Origin: Octopus vulgaris
Taxonomy: Eukaryota
Direction of reading: 5' to 3'
NCBI GenBank assembly: GCA_951406725.2
Contig: OX597816.1
Location: 49,042,001 to 49,106,000 of the forward strand
Length of the DNA: 64,000 nt
Shown here one piece after another: positions 12,909 to 28,094 of this stretch. Numbering within the stretch: position 1 is the first letter of the stretch; each line of letters begins with the position of its first letter. The notes beneath the pieces are model-generated. The model saw nothing but the letters and a program-made list of their open reading frames with translations. It ran no database searches and was not told the DNA's origin. Made by a program: the position numbers and the translations under genes.

Positions 12909-14856
12909 CCACTTTTGAGAAGTGGGCCACATGAGACATGAATCAGCACCAGGCGTGTCGCACTACAAAAACATAGGGCATATGTTATCTTCTTCATGAA
13001 ATTAGGCATTCCACCCAAGTTGCTCATGACTGGTCCTAGACAAACTCATTTAGAACGACAGCTTACTAAAGATGCTTTTCAGTTTGTAGAGAATGATTAT
13101 CTTTTATAAAATAAAAAACAACAAAAACAAGCTGTTTGTTTTTGAAAGCACATTGGACTTCTTTAGTCGGTCAGTTCATAAGGGATCCAAAGGGACAAAT
13201 TGCCAGTTTTCCATTTTATAAAATAAGGGGCAACAACGTTATGTATGTTTTTGCAGTCATTAATATTTTGTAACACAGTAATTTCTATCGTGTTTTGTTT
13301 CAATTCATTTCTGTCATAGAAACAGCATATCGGTTTCTTTTTATCAATGTTAACGTTTAATGGTATTTTAAATCTTGTGCAAAAATTCAGCTTAAAGGAT
13401 TATATCAGTATCAATTTTAAAGATAATTCCAATGCATTGCAACTTATGTTTTTTTTTAAAACTTTTTGAGAAATATTCTTCTACCAGTTTTAATACTGCA
13501 AAATTTATATTATCTGAAATCTAACATTCGCTTTATAATTATTCCATAAGTTAAGTTTAATCATAGCAAGCAGTATGCTGAACCTAAACGTAGCAGTAAC
13601 AATATTAAAAAAAAGCCTCTCGGCTTTTGAGTTAGAAATATGTAGTTACTTGAGGCACAATTTCTTCGCCAATCTGATTCTCATTGGGAGAAGAAGATCT
13701 GATTGATGGTCAATAAGTTCATCTGATCATCTTAAAAGTTACATGGTAAATTATCAACATAAGATCTTACACATCCTAAAGAAAAAAAAGTAACTACCAC
13801 GAAAAAATATCTTAAATATATCAAATCTTTGATCAGAAAATAAAATAAAACAGCTGCTTTATAAATATCGTTATCAAAGCTTCAGATTAGGAAAAGATGT
13901 AACGTGTTTCTAAATTTTAAAGCTGTTTCTTGTTGGTTTGCCCATGATATTATTTTCATAACTAACTTTATGTCAGTGAAGATAAATTTTCTCTCGTACT
14001 TAAATGAAAATGTCAATATGCTGAAGTAAAACGATAGCTATGCTTTGTATGAATTACTCTAGAGAAGAATGATGGATGATACAAAAACTGTATTACCAGA
14101 AAAAGTGTTTGGAAAATTTTATCATAAACTTTTGCGTTATGAGCTCAAATCCCTCATTTGTCGATACAGTAAATACTTTACTCCTATCTTAAATACAGTG
14201 CCTTTTCAACAAAATAAGAAATTATTAGTTACTTGTCAGTTGGCTTATATTAACGGTTGGATTAAATCGAGCAGTGGTTCCCAAAGTGCCAAGTCTAAAA
14301 AATGTAGGAGTTATTAAACAGCTTGTTATAATCTAGGGTTTTTCGAAATCGGACGCTAGTTTTATTGCTTTTCTTTTGAAATTTCCCCTGTTGCGTTCAA
14401 ATGTTGTATGACACGCTTTTGTTGTATTGGTATAGCTTATAAAGGGAAATGGGAAACATGACTATAATCAGCTTAAACTTATTCTAGTGAGTAAGCCAAA
14501 TAGTGTTGAGCATGTGGCAATGGTTGTGAATGGTTGTGAATTTATCACAGTATTAGAGTGACATAGACGTACTGGAGATGATTAGGATGCTAATTACAAC
14601 AAATGCTTTTCGGGTTTAGAGTTGTATTAAGCAGAATAAGACTGAATAAATTTGGGCATATATGATAGTTGCATTTGAACAAAATGCAATTACATTTATT
14701 GTAGAATTATTACTAAAAAGATTGAGTTCAGTGTTATTAAGTGGACAGTTAGGGCTTTGTTTTATATACGATTATATTAAATAACATAAGATGAATTTTG
14801 GTTTATGGTAGATTTAATTAAGCAAAATGAGTTTGGCGTGAGAGTTGCATGAAAGC

Positions 14857-14975
14857 ACATGACCTAGTCAAAACGAAATTGGATCATAAGGTTGCAGGTT
14901 TGATGCCTGGATCGAGCGACGCGTTGTGTCCTTGGGCAAGACGGTTCGTTTCACGTTGCCCCAGCTCGCTCAAAC
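14857..14975 (+). mobile_element. Old tRNA-derived SINE head (family E)
   Basis: B-box-like ggtttgatgcct followed by gttgtgtccttgggcaagac, similar to 29925 and 61312. Confidence 0.6.
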
Positions 14976-16919
14976 AAAACAATGTGTACCATTTTCAGAA
15001 GGAGATCTCTAACAGAATAAAGCTTAGCTGGTCAAAGGTGGACAGGCTGAGTGAGTGTTTATGTTTGCTCCTGGTTACATGGATACACAATACAATTAGC
15101 AGATGTATGGTATAGACACATACAAGCGATAGATATGGGTGTGGTACGTGAATTATATTTTAATCGTGTTAGCAAAGGCAGCTTTGGGTTTATGAAGCAA
15201 GTTGGGGGTGTGAAATAAACATAGAATATACGGCAAGAACGTACGCAGTTTTGTGACAAAGCCAGTCCAAATAAACGCTAATTATAATTATTGTTGTGAT
15301 GTCTTGTATTGGCAGCACTACGTAGCTATTCAAATTCCTTATTAAAACGTCTTGTGGCGGTAATGTAATTTGATAGAAATATATAAAAGAAATCTTCCCG
15401 AGAAAAGGAATAATGAGAAATATTGTAAAAAATGGGCGCCATATTCAGAAATAGTTATTCTATGCCATATTCAAAGGTTTTAAATCCAAGAAATCTAAAT
15501 GTTATTGTTGAGATACTATTTTACAATTCTTTGAAACTTTCAAGACCAGCAAGATATGGCTCATGGCAGTTCGTATTCTCTTTTTACTCCACCACCTCCT
15601 CTCCTTTGCTCATTTTTATTGTTCTTTTTGTTATTATTACTATTGAATGGTCATATGCCTATGTCAGATATTGTTATTATTATTATTATTATTATTGATT
15701 ATTTTCACTTTGGAAACTGTGTGTGATCAAAGAGACAAAGCGCCTAACTAAAGCAAAAATGAATTTGCATCTTATTTTTTGTTCTATAATTCTGACTACA
15801 TAACTAATTGAACGTCTCGGGATCGCAGCTGCAATGGATTTGTAAAGGTTAAACTTGGAACAATTAAAAAATTCATTGAAAACATGTCATGTTGTCTTAA
15901 CAAAAATTGATATACAGAACCAAATGGAATTTCTCTTATAATTGTAAGTTCTTAAAAAATAAACAAAAAACAGCAAAAAAGTAACAAGCAAAACTATTAT
16001 TTTGATATCCTTTAAGGAACCGAAACACGTTTTTTTTTTTTGTTTTATCGAAGTGATGTTACCATTTAATTCTGTTTAGTACATTTTGTTATGAAACTAT
16101 TCAAATTATTTTTGTACTTGAATCTGTGAAATATAGCTAAAATCCTCACATGAATGTTAAAATCAATCTAAGTTTAAAATTCTCAAGGCATTTGAATAAA
16201 ATATTTAAACTACGATCGCTTTTATTGACAAAAGCCTACACATTTGTAAAGACAGGGTTAAAAATCGATCATATAAGTTCCAATACGTGTTCACTCAGTA
16301 CCTATTTTCATCGAACCAAGATTGATAGTATGCCGTTTAATGAATGGAAAATCAAACAATACAGATAGTCACAAGATTTTATGATCACAAGCTCAGTTTA
16401 ACGAACAGTTTCACGAACGACCGATTTTAAGAAAAAAAGTTTTAAAACTATAAAGCCCAGGAACAAAATAACCATAAATATTGTTTTGAATATTTCGACA
16501 AGCTACAATACATTATGTAGTTCCATAAATTTTTACAGTAATGTAAAATCCTTTATGATATGCACTACCAAAAATGAAATTATCCCACTTTTATTCCATT
16601 TATTTCACTGCTTACATGATTCTCTTGCCTATGCTGAGCAGAAAATAGTCACATAATATTTGCATCACGTTTAAGTAATGACTCATAACCTACTGGGTTG
16701 TTGGAACAACCATGAATAATTCATAGTTATGAAGTAAATAAGAAAGATAGATAGACTTCAGTAGTCTTCCCATGATTTCTGAAGCTACATAAAATGATTT
16801 GATTTCAGCGTTGCAAGTAACAGAAATGTTATTGTTTATAAAGCTTCATACCGCTGCCTAGAGACGCCCAAGTTACCCGCTATTATTAAATATGGTTATA
16901 TTAGAAACAATACACGTAT

Positions 16920-17026
16920 ACATACCTGCATTACAAGCACATACATACACAGACGTATATATACACACACGCACACATCAATGCATAAATGCAAACATAT
17001 TCATATATGTGTACACAGATCCCACC

Positions 17027-17077
<51 letters not shown>

Positions 17078-17082
17078 TATAC

Positions 17083-17113
<31 letters not shown>

Positions 17114-17182
17114 AATATATATGTATATATATATACACATACATAAATACATGCATACATATATATACTCACATATATATAC
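16920..17182. repeat. (TA)n/(CA)n compound microsatellite
   Basis: Direct inspection. Confidence 0.95.
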
Positions 17183-17463
17183 TAGTGTACAGTAAGATGT
17201 GTCAGAGCTCCACGTAGACTATCATTATTCATTCAGTTTCCAGTATAATGGTTTGTCGACCACTGCAATTAGCAGTGTTACTAGTTATGATATACAGAGC
17301 ATATGTAGTGGAAGATTAAAATATAAACCATTATAAATATTTAGTTCCTCCGTACGTACCATTGCAGTTATTTGGATCTTAGCTTATGCAATAATGTCAT
17401 CTCTTGGTGATCCATTGCGGTTAGACATCCAAACAGATTTGGAGCATCTATTTAAATATATAT

Positions 17464-17862
17464 TCTTTTATTCTCTTGTTTCAGTCATTTTACTGCAGCC
17501 ATGCTTGGGCACCGCCTTGACACCAGGACTTATTTCTTTAGCTTAATACATTTTCTATCGGTTTCTTTTGACGAACCGAACCGCTAGGTTACGGGCACGT
17601 AAACACATCAACAATGGTTGTCAAAGTGGTGATGGTGGGGAACAAACACAGACACAAAACACACACATAGATACACACACACGTACATGCACACATATAT
17701 ACAACGGGATTCTTTCAGTTTCTGTTTACCAAATCCACTCACAAGACTTTGGTCGACTCGAGGCTATAGTAGAAGACACTTGCCCAAGGTACCACGCAGT
17801 GGGACTGAACCTCTAGCTATGTGGTTGGAATACAAGCTTCTTACCAAATAGATACACCCGCG

Positions 17863-17863
<1 letters not shown>
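17464..17863 (-). mobile_element. SINE family A, diverged full copy
   Basis: Reverse complement of the 811/5838 consensus. Confidence 0.85.
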
Positions 17864-17865
<2 letters not shown>

Positions 17866-17923
<58 letters not shown>

Positions 17924-18340
17924 ATGCATGTATATATATGTATGTATATTTATGTATTATATATGTATATGTATATATGTATGTATATGTATATATGTGT
18001 ACATATACATATACATATACATATATATATACATAAATATACATACATACATAGATATACATGCATACACACACATACACACATATATATATATATATGT
18101 GTGTGTATGTGTGTGTATGCATGTATATCTATGTATGTATATACACATACACACACATATATATATATGTGTGTGTATGTGTGTGTATGCATGTATATCT
18201 ATGTATATATAATTATGTATATATATATGTATATGTATATATGTATGTATATGTATATATGTGTACGTATATATTTGTATGTATATAGTTATATACCTCC
18301 ATATATATGCACGCTCAAATACATACACTCACATACGTAC
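17866..18340. repeat. Compound microsatellite with internal palindrome
   Basis: Direct inspection. Confidence 0.95.
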
Positions 18341-18769
18341 ACGTGTTAAAGGCGGTATATGCGGTGTATTCGCATACACAGCGTTTGATAAAATGCCGTG
18401 CTGTTTCTGATGGTTTCCTGTGCTCTCATTCCAAATACCTAATCAGGTCAGCTTTGCTTTCCATCCTTTCAGCGAAGATAAAAATATCATAAACCACGAC
18501 TTGCAGAACTGTGAGAACGTCGTGTCGGATGTATTGTGATATATGTTTCAGTTCTTTGCGTTCTGAGTTCAAATCCCACTATGGCCTACTTGGGTGGTAA
18601 ATTTCATCTGTCGCTTGGCTGAACCGTTGCCCTGTATAACACCTTAAGCAACAGTAATTGACCCTGTTCTGTTGTAAATATTCAGGTTAGGTTTTTCAGT
18701 GTGCAAGTATCTTTTTTCCTTTGCCCTTGTATTTTGTTTTTCACGAGTCCTACGACCGAGAAGGCAAGG

Positions 18770-19330
18770 AATTACTAAGATTACACAACTCTTAACCCCT
18801 GAATGGGACATCGATTCGTCGCAGATTTATCTTCTCAGCTAGTGTTGGAATTCGAATACAGCTGAGGTGACTGGTGCGAGCTGAAATGAATAGTTTTGGT
18901 CGAGAATACAACGCATCACCCAATTAGGTGGGATCGAAACCACGATACTACAGTCATGAGTGTAACACCATGATCACGTGGCATAAAGCCAGCAGTTCCA
19001 GGAGAGGGAAGGAGTGACCTTGGTGGAATTTGAATTCAAAATGTAAAGACGGACGAAAAGTTGTTAAACATTTTGCCCGGCGCGCTAAAATGACTATCAC
19101 CTTACTTTCTACTAATGTTAATTTCAAATTTTGGCACAAGGCCAGCAATTCTAGGAGATGGAGTGACTCGATTACATTGATCCTAGTAATCAATTAGTAC
19201 TTATTTTATCAATCCTGGAATGATCAAAGGAAAAGTAGACCTCGGCGGAATTTGGAATCAATATGTAATGTCGGACGAGATGCCGTTAAGCATTTAGCTT
19301 GGTGTGCTAACGATTCTGCCAGCTCATCAC
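18770..19330 (-). mobile_element. Cluster of degenerate SINEs (one old tRNA/CORE-like copy, two family B copies)
   Basis: gggatcgaaacc head at about 18930; gacctcggcggaatttg and tacttattttatc family B motifs. Confidence 0.65.
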
Positions 19331-19594
19331 CATATTTCCTACTACCATTGAAGACCCTATAAATTGTCATTGACTCTGACTTCTTACTCTGTATTAAAAG
19401 ATAAAAAGCATCATAAAATTTTTAAAATGATTAGAAAACAGCATTAGGATCTTGTTTTATTATTTCTACAACTGGAAAAAGAGTCTGAAATTGTGAGGAA
19501 GTGAGCTAGTCAATAACTGTGCTCAACCGGTACTTATTTCACTTACCCCGAATAGATGAAAGGTATCAACGACCTCACCGAAACTTGTACCGTA

Positions 19595-20110
19595 TTCTTC
19601 TTCTTCTTCTTCTTCTTCTTCTTCTTCTTCTTCCAATCAGGACTCACGCTATTAGCCACAAAGAATAATCTCTAATTCGAGCCTACTCTAAGCTACTAAA
19701 AATGCGTGTGGCATTTTGAAGATCCGCCCACCACATGCGATAGACTGGCGGTTGCACGGGCGCGGAAGCTACGTTGTTATCCTCAATCCGTAAACGGTGG
19801 ATTTTAACGGGTGGAAAGCTGGACCATCCTCGAGTACAAAGGATTCGCAATCTAGACTAGGGTCTGAAAGTTTACCACACCATAGTGGGTTACACCATGG
19901 TTCCTCTGCTTTGTGGCAGAAGTATGAAGAAAGAATGAGAGAAAGTTGTGGTGAAAGAGTACAGCTGGGTTCACTACACCTCCCCGCCGGAGCCACGTAG
20001 AGCTAAGGTGTTTTTGCTCAATAAACACTCACAATGCCCGGTCTGGGAATCGAAATTGCGTTCTTACGAGCGCGTATCCGCTGCCCTAACCACTGGGCCA
20101 TTGGGCATCC
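19595..20110 (-). mobile_element. SINE family C (tail variant 3, ending in (GAA)n)
   Basis: Head and body match 9520-9702; the different 3' segment ends in (TTC)n on the plus strand. Confidence 0.75.
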
Positions 20111-20569
20111 ACTGTTGTTGTTGTTGTTTAGACCTAGGTTGGCCTTGCACAATGAAAGCTGTGGTCTAACACATCCTACTAATGGTCATAGCAACATAGT
20201 TTTGTATACCAATAACTGCATTGTTTAATGTTTCTAAAAGAAATCAGGGGGTTATTAGCTTTCAGGGAAAGTTGAACATTTTTCTGAATTGCATGGTATA
20301 AAAGTATTTTGGAGCAGTCAAAATTGCAACAACGATGTAAAACTTACTTATGTTATGATAATCCTTGATTCAATAATTGCGGTTTGGAGAAGTTAAGCTA
20401 CACTGATAAACTTTACATTTAATTTGTTGATGTGCATCTGCGGCTTGTGTCCCATTAGACTCTCTTTTCTCTGCAGTGCATCAATAAAATTCTGACAAAA
20501 TTAAACTTGGATATACACTTCCATATATATGTAGGCATATAAATTTCGAGTGCTGATATATGAAGAACA

Positions 20570-21870
<1,301 letters not shown>

Positions 21871-21884
21871 TAAATAAATCGCGT

Positions 21885-22070
21885 GTGTATTGTTGGCGAA
21901 TTTCTTTCTCTGTCTTCCCTTCTTTGGACTTTTTCTATAATTCTGATGAAGAGCTCAACTCGAAACGTGAAATCCTCTTTTCTTTCCTTTCCTTTCCTGA
22001 GCGTCCAATAGCACTGTACTTATTCCACGTCCTCGCGTTGTCGTTTTATCTTGCTTGTTCATGTTTGGAT

Positions 22071-22072
<2 letters not shown>
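21885..22072 (+). mobile_element. Short microsatellite-flanked Penelope-like relic with degenerate hammerhead core
   Basis: CTGATGA-A-GAG-CTCAA-CTC-GAAACGT at 21943-21968; pyrimidine-rich flanks. Confidence 0.5.
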
Positions 22073-22164
<92 letters not shown>

Positions 22165-22169
<5 letters not shown>

Positions 22170-22860
22170 CAGTGTATAGAACGAAGGTGTGTAGCCTATG
22201 ATCGTCGCATTGATCTTGATAGAGAAAGGTGAGCAGAGAATCGGAATCAGATTTTGCCAAAAGCTTGGCGACATCTGCTTAGAGGCCTACGCAAACTTTT
22301 CGAAAAGTTCTGGAGACAATCAAAGAGATCGTTTGCAACTGAAACCCGAGTAGCTTTTTGGTCAGCTTAAAGCAGTTTTGACACAAACTTGGCAGAGACG
22401 TGTCTCATACCCATATCTTCAGTAATAATGAACTGAAGCGTAACTAATATGCACATTCTTTGATAACTCACGGATGGTAATTTGAGGATTTCCCCTCACA
22501 GCTGTACGCAGACCTGTGATGTGTTTCTCAGATCTGCTGGTTGCGGGTCTCTCAAAGTTCGATAAAATCGACATTTTTTCGGCCCTTTTGGAAACGTTTG
22601 ATCCACGTACACTTGTGTGTGGCTCTTAAACGCCTCTCCATACACTTTCTGCAACTTTGCGTAAGCCCCTGAGTAGGTATTGCCATGACGACTTTCTCTG
22701 TCATGGTCAATGCGATGATCATACGCTACACACCTTCCTTCCAAGCCTGATGCAAACATCGAAAGTGAGCGACAACGTTAAAACTCAGTGCGCATGCATA
22801 GCAATGTTCAGTATCAATCTGTGCCATGTTTACTCTGCATGATTTAGCTTCGTTACTAAG
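22165..22860. mobile_element. Mariner-derived non-autonomous element with two inverted 5' ends
   Basis: 22180-22295 is inverted relative to 22655-22745; homologous to 49690-50464. Confidence 0.8.
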
Positions 22861-22945
22861 GCATCATTCCGAATATATGTGTGTATGCGTGTGTGTGTGC
22901 GCGCATATTTTATATGCATATATATATGTGTATATAAACATGTGT

Positions 22946-22994
<49 letters not shown>

Positions 22995-23282
22995 TTACTT
23001 GGAAAAGGATGCGTGGCGTTCGATCATATAATAATATAAATAATATATAAATATATGCATATATACATACATATATATACATACCTACATCTATATGTAT
23101 ATATACATACATATATAGATACAGGACATAAAAAAAAAACGTTGAACACAATCAGAAACGAAAACATAAAAACAAAAACATGGAAACGAACTTTAATTCA
23201 AACAACGAAAAAACCGAGTACAAGACATAAAACACACTCACACGCACGCACACACACACACACGCACGCACACACACACGCA

Positions 23283-23335
<53 letters not shown>

Positions 23336-24359
23336 CCCCCACACGCATCAAAACGCATGTATAAAATTTGTAAAATCCAAATTATTCAGGTGTGAATGGA
23401 AATGAGATAGTGTATTCAGCTCTGTATTAGCTACCCTGTGCTTTACAAAGTTGGGCTGTGTCGTCCTAATATCATTTTTGTTTTAAAGGAAAACTTAGAT
23501 TCATTTAAAGAAATACTCTTCTCATATTGCTCTTGTCCTGGTTTAATCGTATTGATGAATGCTTTAGGTCAGTGGATGAAAGAATGAATAGAATCAGAAA
23601 AAAATGAAGTAGTTTGTTATGAAGTGTTACATTTAGATGCAGTTTTCCAAGGATAGGAAAAAGTAATAACAATCCAGTAATTCTATTGTGTTGAAGCTAT
23701 AAATCAAAATTGATTTCCCGCATTGGCTGAACGCTACACAGAGAGACCCAGTTCTGGAGTGATATTTCCTTTGTTCAACCATGGAATCATGGAAATCATC
23801 GTTTACCGCTGCGGTATAGTTTTCAATTATTTAGACAGCTGGAAAGAGTAGCGCTCAAAGCCCTTTACAGTCTCTCTGAGATTGGTAGGAGGAGAGAAGA
23901 AAGACATACACAAGTCAGGAAGCTGGTCCAAATATTTGCAGTAAAATAGATTCATCTAAACTCCTTCATGAGTCAGATCATTGGTGTTAAACCTGGCGAT
24001 AAAAAAAAGACCATAGCGTGATTTGAATTCAGAGTTAAATCCCACAACACATTCTTTCACTACCCTAAAAATTTCACCAGTCCATCGACTCTTCAATTTT
24101 CAAAACCGGAAGACAAAATAGACCTTTGCGATATTTGAACTCAGATTGCATGTTGCTAGAATAAATATTACAAAGCATTGTATTTTGTCTAACTCTACCA
24201 ATTCGCTTCTAAAAGCCCAAAAGAGAAATACTACAATCAACAAGCATCGACATAATCAGTATAAAAAATCTTAACACAACATTGCTTCCATCCACTAACT
24301 CTTCATCCCATGCCTCTACCGTAATAAAATATTCACAAGATGCTAATATATTATTTCAG

Positions 24360-24522
24360 ACCTTTCAAAGACCCTCAACTTCATGTACAGTTAAACCAGA
24401 TTCTAGCACTTCTCTTCTATGGTTTGGCACCGATTCTTCATGGAAAATCAACTATTACTATGACTTCAATTACAAATGGTTGCTTTGAAGCTCGTTGGCT
24501 GTTCTTAGAAGAAGAAATAAAG
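24360..24522 (+). CDS. INTU: Inturned (CPLANE) orthologue, internal exon (end of longin 1 / linker)
   Basis: ttatttcAG acceptor and AAG|GTTGGT donor; phase 2 to 0; PFKDPQLHVQLNQILALLFYGLAP...EARWLFLEEEIK resembles the recalled human INTU segment AFCQIENVPRLDHFFNLFF...GVRWLTLPLEIK. Confidence 0.85.
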
Positions 24523-25598
24523 GTTGGTAGCAGTAATTCTTTATATATTTCGTATATATACTCTAGTGATATCAACACGTGAATATAAAGGAAAAAAATA
24601 AAAACCTTCAATACTTCAATAAAGTGAATATATTTACGTACAATTAAAAGTTTCAAGCTTAGCGATGACTGATGGAACACAAATATATTGCAATAAACAA
24701 TGACAAACAACCTGAAGAGTCGCTATTGCAGATTAGTATTGTAGTGATGAAAATACCAGACATCACTACTCCTGGAACCTGTACGTACATAAAACAGGTT
24801 CCAGGTGTTGTGATGTTTCCTGTTCACAGTACGTAAACAGTTGCGTGTACGTGCACTACACGAACACTTTCAATTTTGTATTTCATTACGATCTAATACT
24901 ATTTTCAGACTTGTCTGAAAACTGGAGGTAATTAAACTTTTGCCGATTCCCGTTTGTCCATATGGTCTTGTGCTTACCTTCAATTTTTCGTGTATTAAGT
25001 TGGTGAGAAACAATTCGTGGGATGAGGAGTATATTCGAAACATATTGCATTCAGCACCCATTGCTAGTTAAACCAACAATAAACTTGGGAGGCCTAGGTT
25101 GGGAGCATAAATGATGCGTGTCCCAGGACCTCGAGGCGGGCACAAGAAAGAATATCCGTTAGCGATTGGGAGAATAATGTAATGGCAGTTGCTTCTGATA
25201 GGGACATATGAATGAAGTGTCTGGGGGATCTAATCTCATGATTTTCCAATGGAGAGCAGACGGAGAAGTTGGATGGAGAAACATTATAGATAAGATTCTG
25301 TTCTTCCGTAGATAAGGGATTTTTTTGCGGTGAAAATTGAACTCAACACTACATATTAAATAGGCTAAACGAATAGGCTGACTCGTCAAATCCCTAGTAA
25401 TATTATTAATACCATGCAGTACCTATTTACAGTTGAGCAGACAGGACTATTTCAATGTTGTATCGTGATCATTTCAATGTTATATCGTATTAACTATTGA
25501 TCGCTCGGACGTTTCCTTGCTATTGTTTGCATTCGAACAACTACACTTTATTTCGGATATTTTTTTAACAAAAAAAAAAAAATATTGTTTCGTTTCAG

Positions 25599-25652
25599 TT
25601 GATGTTTGATGAAATACTTAGTAGCTTCGAATCTGGAGATTTTGTTTCTCAA
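25599..25652 (+). CDS. INTU: Inturned exon (54 nt)
   Basis: cgtttcAG / CAA|GTAAGT; phase 0-0; LMFDEILSSFESGDFVSQ resembles human MELDMALSDLEAADFAEL. Confidence 0.88.
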
Positions 25653-28034
25653 GTAAGTAGCATATTGATTGATTTTGACTTGTCGAAATGATTTCAGATT
25701 CACAGGGATTGGGAAAATAGAAATTATGTTTTTATGAATTTTCAGCAATAAAAATAAAACAGTAAAATACTCTGAATTTATACTTCTTGAACAAATCTAA
25801 ACATAGGAACTTGTTTTGATGATCATATATTTTAGTCTCACTTTGTTTTCCAAAATAGAAACCTTGCAATCTGTTTGTAGATTCTGCACTAAGCAATATA
25901 AACAATATTTCAGTTTATTTTCTCTCTTCTTTAGAAGTTTATTAACTGATTTTCTGGCAGCAGTAATCTGTAATCAACGTAACATAGGCCCACAAATTAC
26001 TCATCCTAATAATGTTTCCTAATTCGGAAATATTACCTATAGAATAACCCATTAAAGTATATCAAAAGATAAATATTTATTCATCTTAAATTCGACGCCT
26101 CTGTGTGTCTAGTGAGACCGTGGATCGACATCTGAAGGTTTCCTATAGAAGGTGCAGATCTTGGCAAAATTCTAATGAAAAATTATTAGATGCCTCTGGA
26201 TTAAAGTATCCTCTTTCTACGCCGCAGTTGTCGCACAAGGAATTGGCGAAGTTCGGTATAGCCTGGTAGCAGCGTTGTCGTTAGAGTTATTATCAAAACG
26301 TAAAGAGCCAGAACGGTTACCGCATCAGACCGATGCACTAGCAAATTTGACAGTTATTCAGCCACTAGAGTAGTATTGTATTTATCAACCCCGAAGAAAA
26401 TGAAACGCAAATTTGACCGCGATGGTACTTGAAGTAAGTGTATAAAATCCGGACTACGACAAAGCATTCTTTCCTATGCTTTAATAACTTCCTATGCTTT
26501 AACAACTCAAACTTCTCACTAAATACTTGTTTGATAAATAAAGGAGTAGATTGGTGGAATTGTTAGGATTTCAGATGTAATGCTTTTCCTTTTGCGTCGT
26601 CCACGCTCTGTGAGTTCTGAATTCAAATACTACCGAAGTCTACTTGGCCTTTAAGTCTTATAAAGTCCCAATCAATTACTGCTGTCGATTTTTCTTCTAT
26701 TCTCACTCACTCCCCCTCCCACTCTCTCGCTCTTTCTTTCATACACACTCTTTCCCGCTGAAAGAAATTGGAGGTGATCAGATAAGAATAATGTGCCGAA
26801 CTAGGTTTAAATAGTCAAATACGATGTCATGACCACATGCTTCCCTACGCCTCCATCAGAATTTACCGAGGACCATCACTTTACCTTTGTGATAAACTGA
26901 AGTAATTGCATAATTTTGAATTCCGAGGTGTACTCATCAGCTGTTAATGAACCTTATTGACTTCACGTAGTATAAAAATGGAATTCTGGCGTTCATGCCT
27001 TTCCAAAAGAATGACACTGACTAAATGAAATAAGTAATAACTGCGATTACACCAATAATATGTTGATGATTAATTAGTCATATATTTATATACTCATTAA
27101 AAACATTTCCGTTGTTTTTCCTTGTTATCTTCTCACACATTTACAACGTAAATTGAGACATAGGCAAGATTGAAATTAATTTATGTGCGTCTAGTATTTT
27201 AGCATATATTTAAGGCAATTCAGACTAGTGCAGTGGTCATCTCTTAAGTGTTACTTTTGTTGTATTTAGAACAGTTCTAAATGTTCTAAGAAATGTAGCT
27301 TTTCGGGAGAGTGACAATATCAAAATAAAGTCTTACAAGCTTATTCTCCCCTCTCTCCCCTCTCTCTCTATTCCTTCTCTTTCAAAATATTTACTCGTCC
27401 ACATAATATGACGATTTCAACACTAATGTCTTGAAGTAAATCTTGGCGTTTAAAACTGCGTTATCGTTCTACAAGAATAAATAGACACAGCTGGAATGAA
27501 CATTAAATCATTTTGAATGGAAAAAAGGAAAACAGTATTCTCGTGATAGCTTCTCCTACATATTGTGAAAGATACATTTGTATCAAAAAGAAATAGGAAA
27601 GGGGAAAGTGTTTCATTAGATGTTATTCTTACGTCTGAATGTAAAACGGGACGGAATCTCTCTGTAATTGTATACCTTCTTTAATTGGTCTCACAGTGAT
27701 GTGAAAATCGAGACAAATCACTATCATGGAGGTGAGAATGTATCGCAATGAAGAAAAAAAAAAGATGTTTGTTTTCTATTATTTAGAATCACGAATTCTT
27801 GGAAACTTTTGCTCAATATTTTTATTTCCTCCTATCAACGGTTCAGTATTCCTAGGAGTGATGATAAGAGAAAAAAATACTCTTTTACATTCTATAACTT
27901 TTTATCACCGACATTTTCATTTAGAACACAATATACAGAAACAATTTAATGCAACTGAATTATAAAGAGTTTCATAAAACTTTCTTTCCTAACACGACTT
28001 GAAATAATTATTAAAATATTTTCTTCATTTCCAG

Positions 28035-28094
28035 CAAGATCTAATCTCTTCCAGACGACAGTTTTGTATAACTGGATCTTGTTTAATATTCAAG
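28035..28094 (+). CDS. INTU: Inturned exon (60 nt, start of longin 2)
   Basis: catttccAG / AAG|GTAAAA; phase 0-0; QDLISSRRQFCITGSCLIFK resembles human [21 protein letters not shown]. Confidence 0.88.

Noticed and set aside
14063-15144. Possible exons at 14063-14168, 14999-15050 and 15103-15144
   Set aside because: Weak splice signals and no recognisable homology to INTU PDZ or longin 1
23489-23567. Open segment with AG and GTCAGT boundaries upstream of exon 24360
   Set aside because: Ends in phase 1 whereas phase 2 is required; no INTU similarity
25090-25400. Possible CR1-like LINE 3' end on the minus strand
   Set aside because: Too decayed to support with clear motifs
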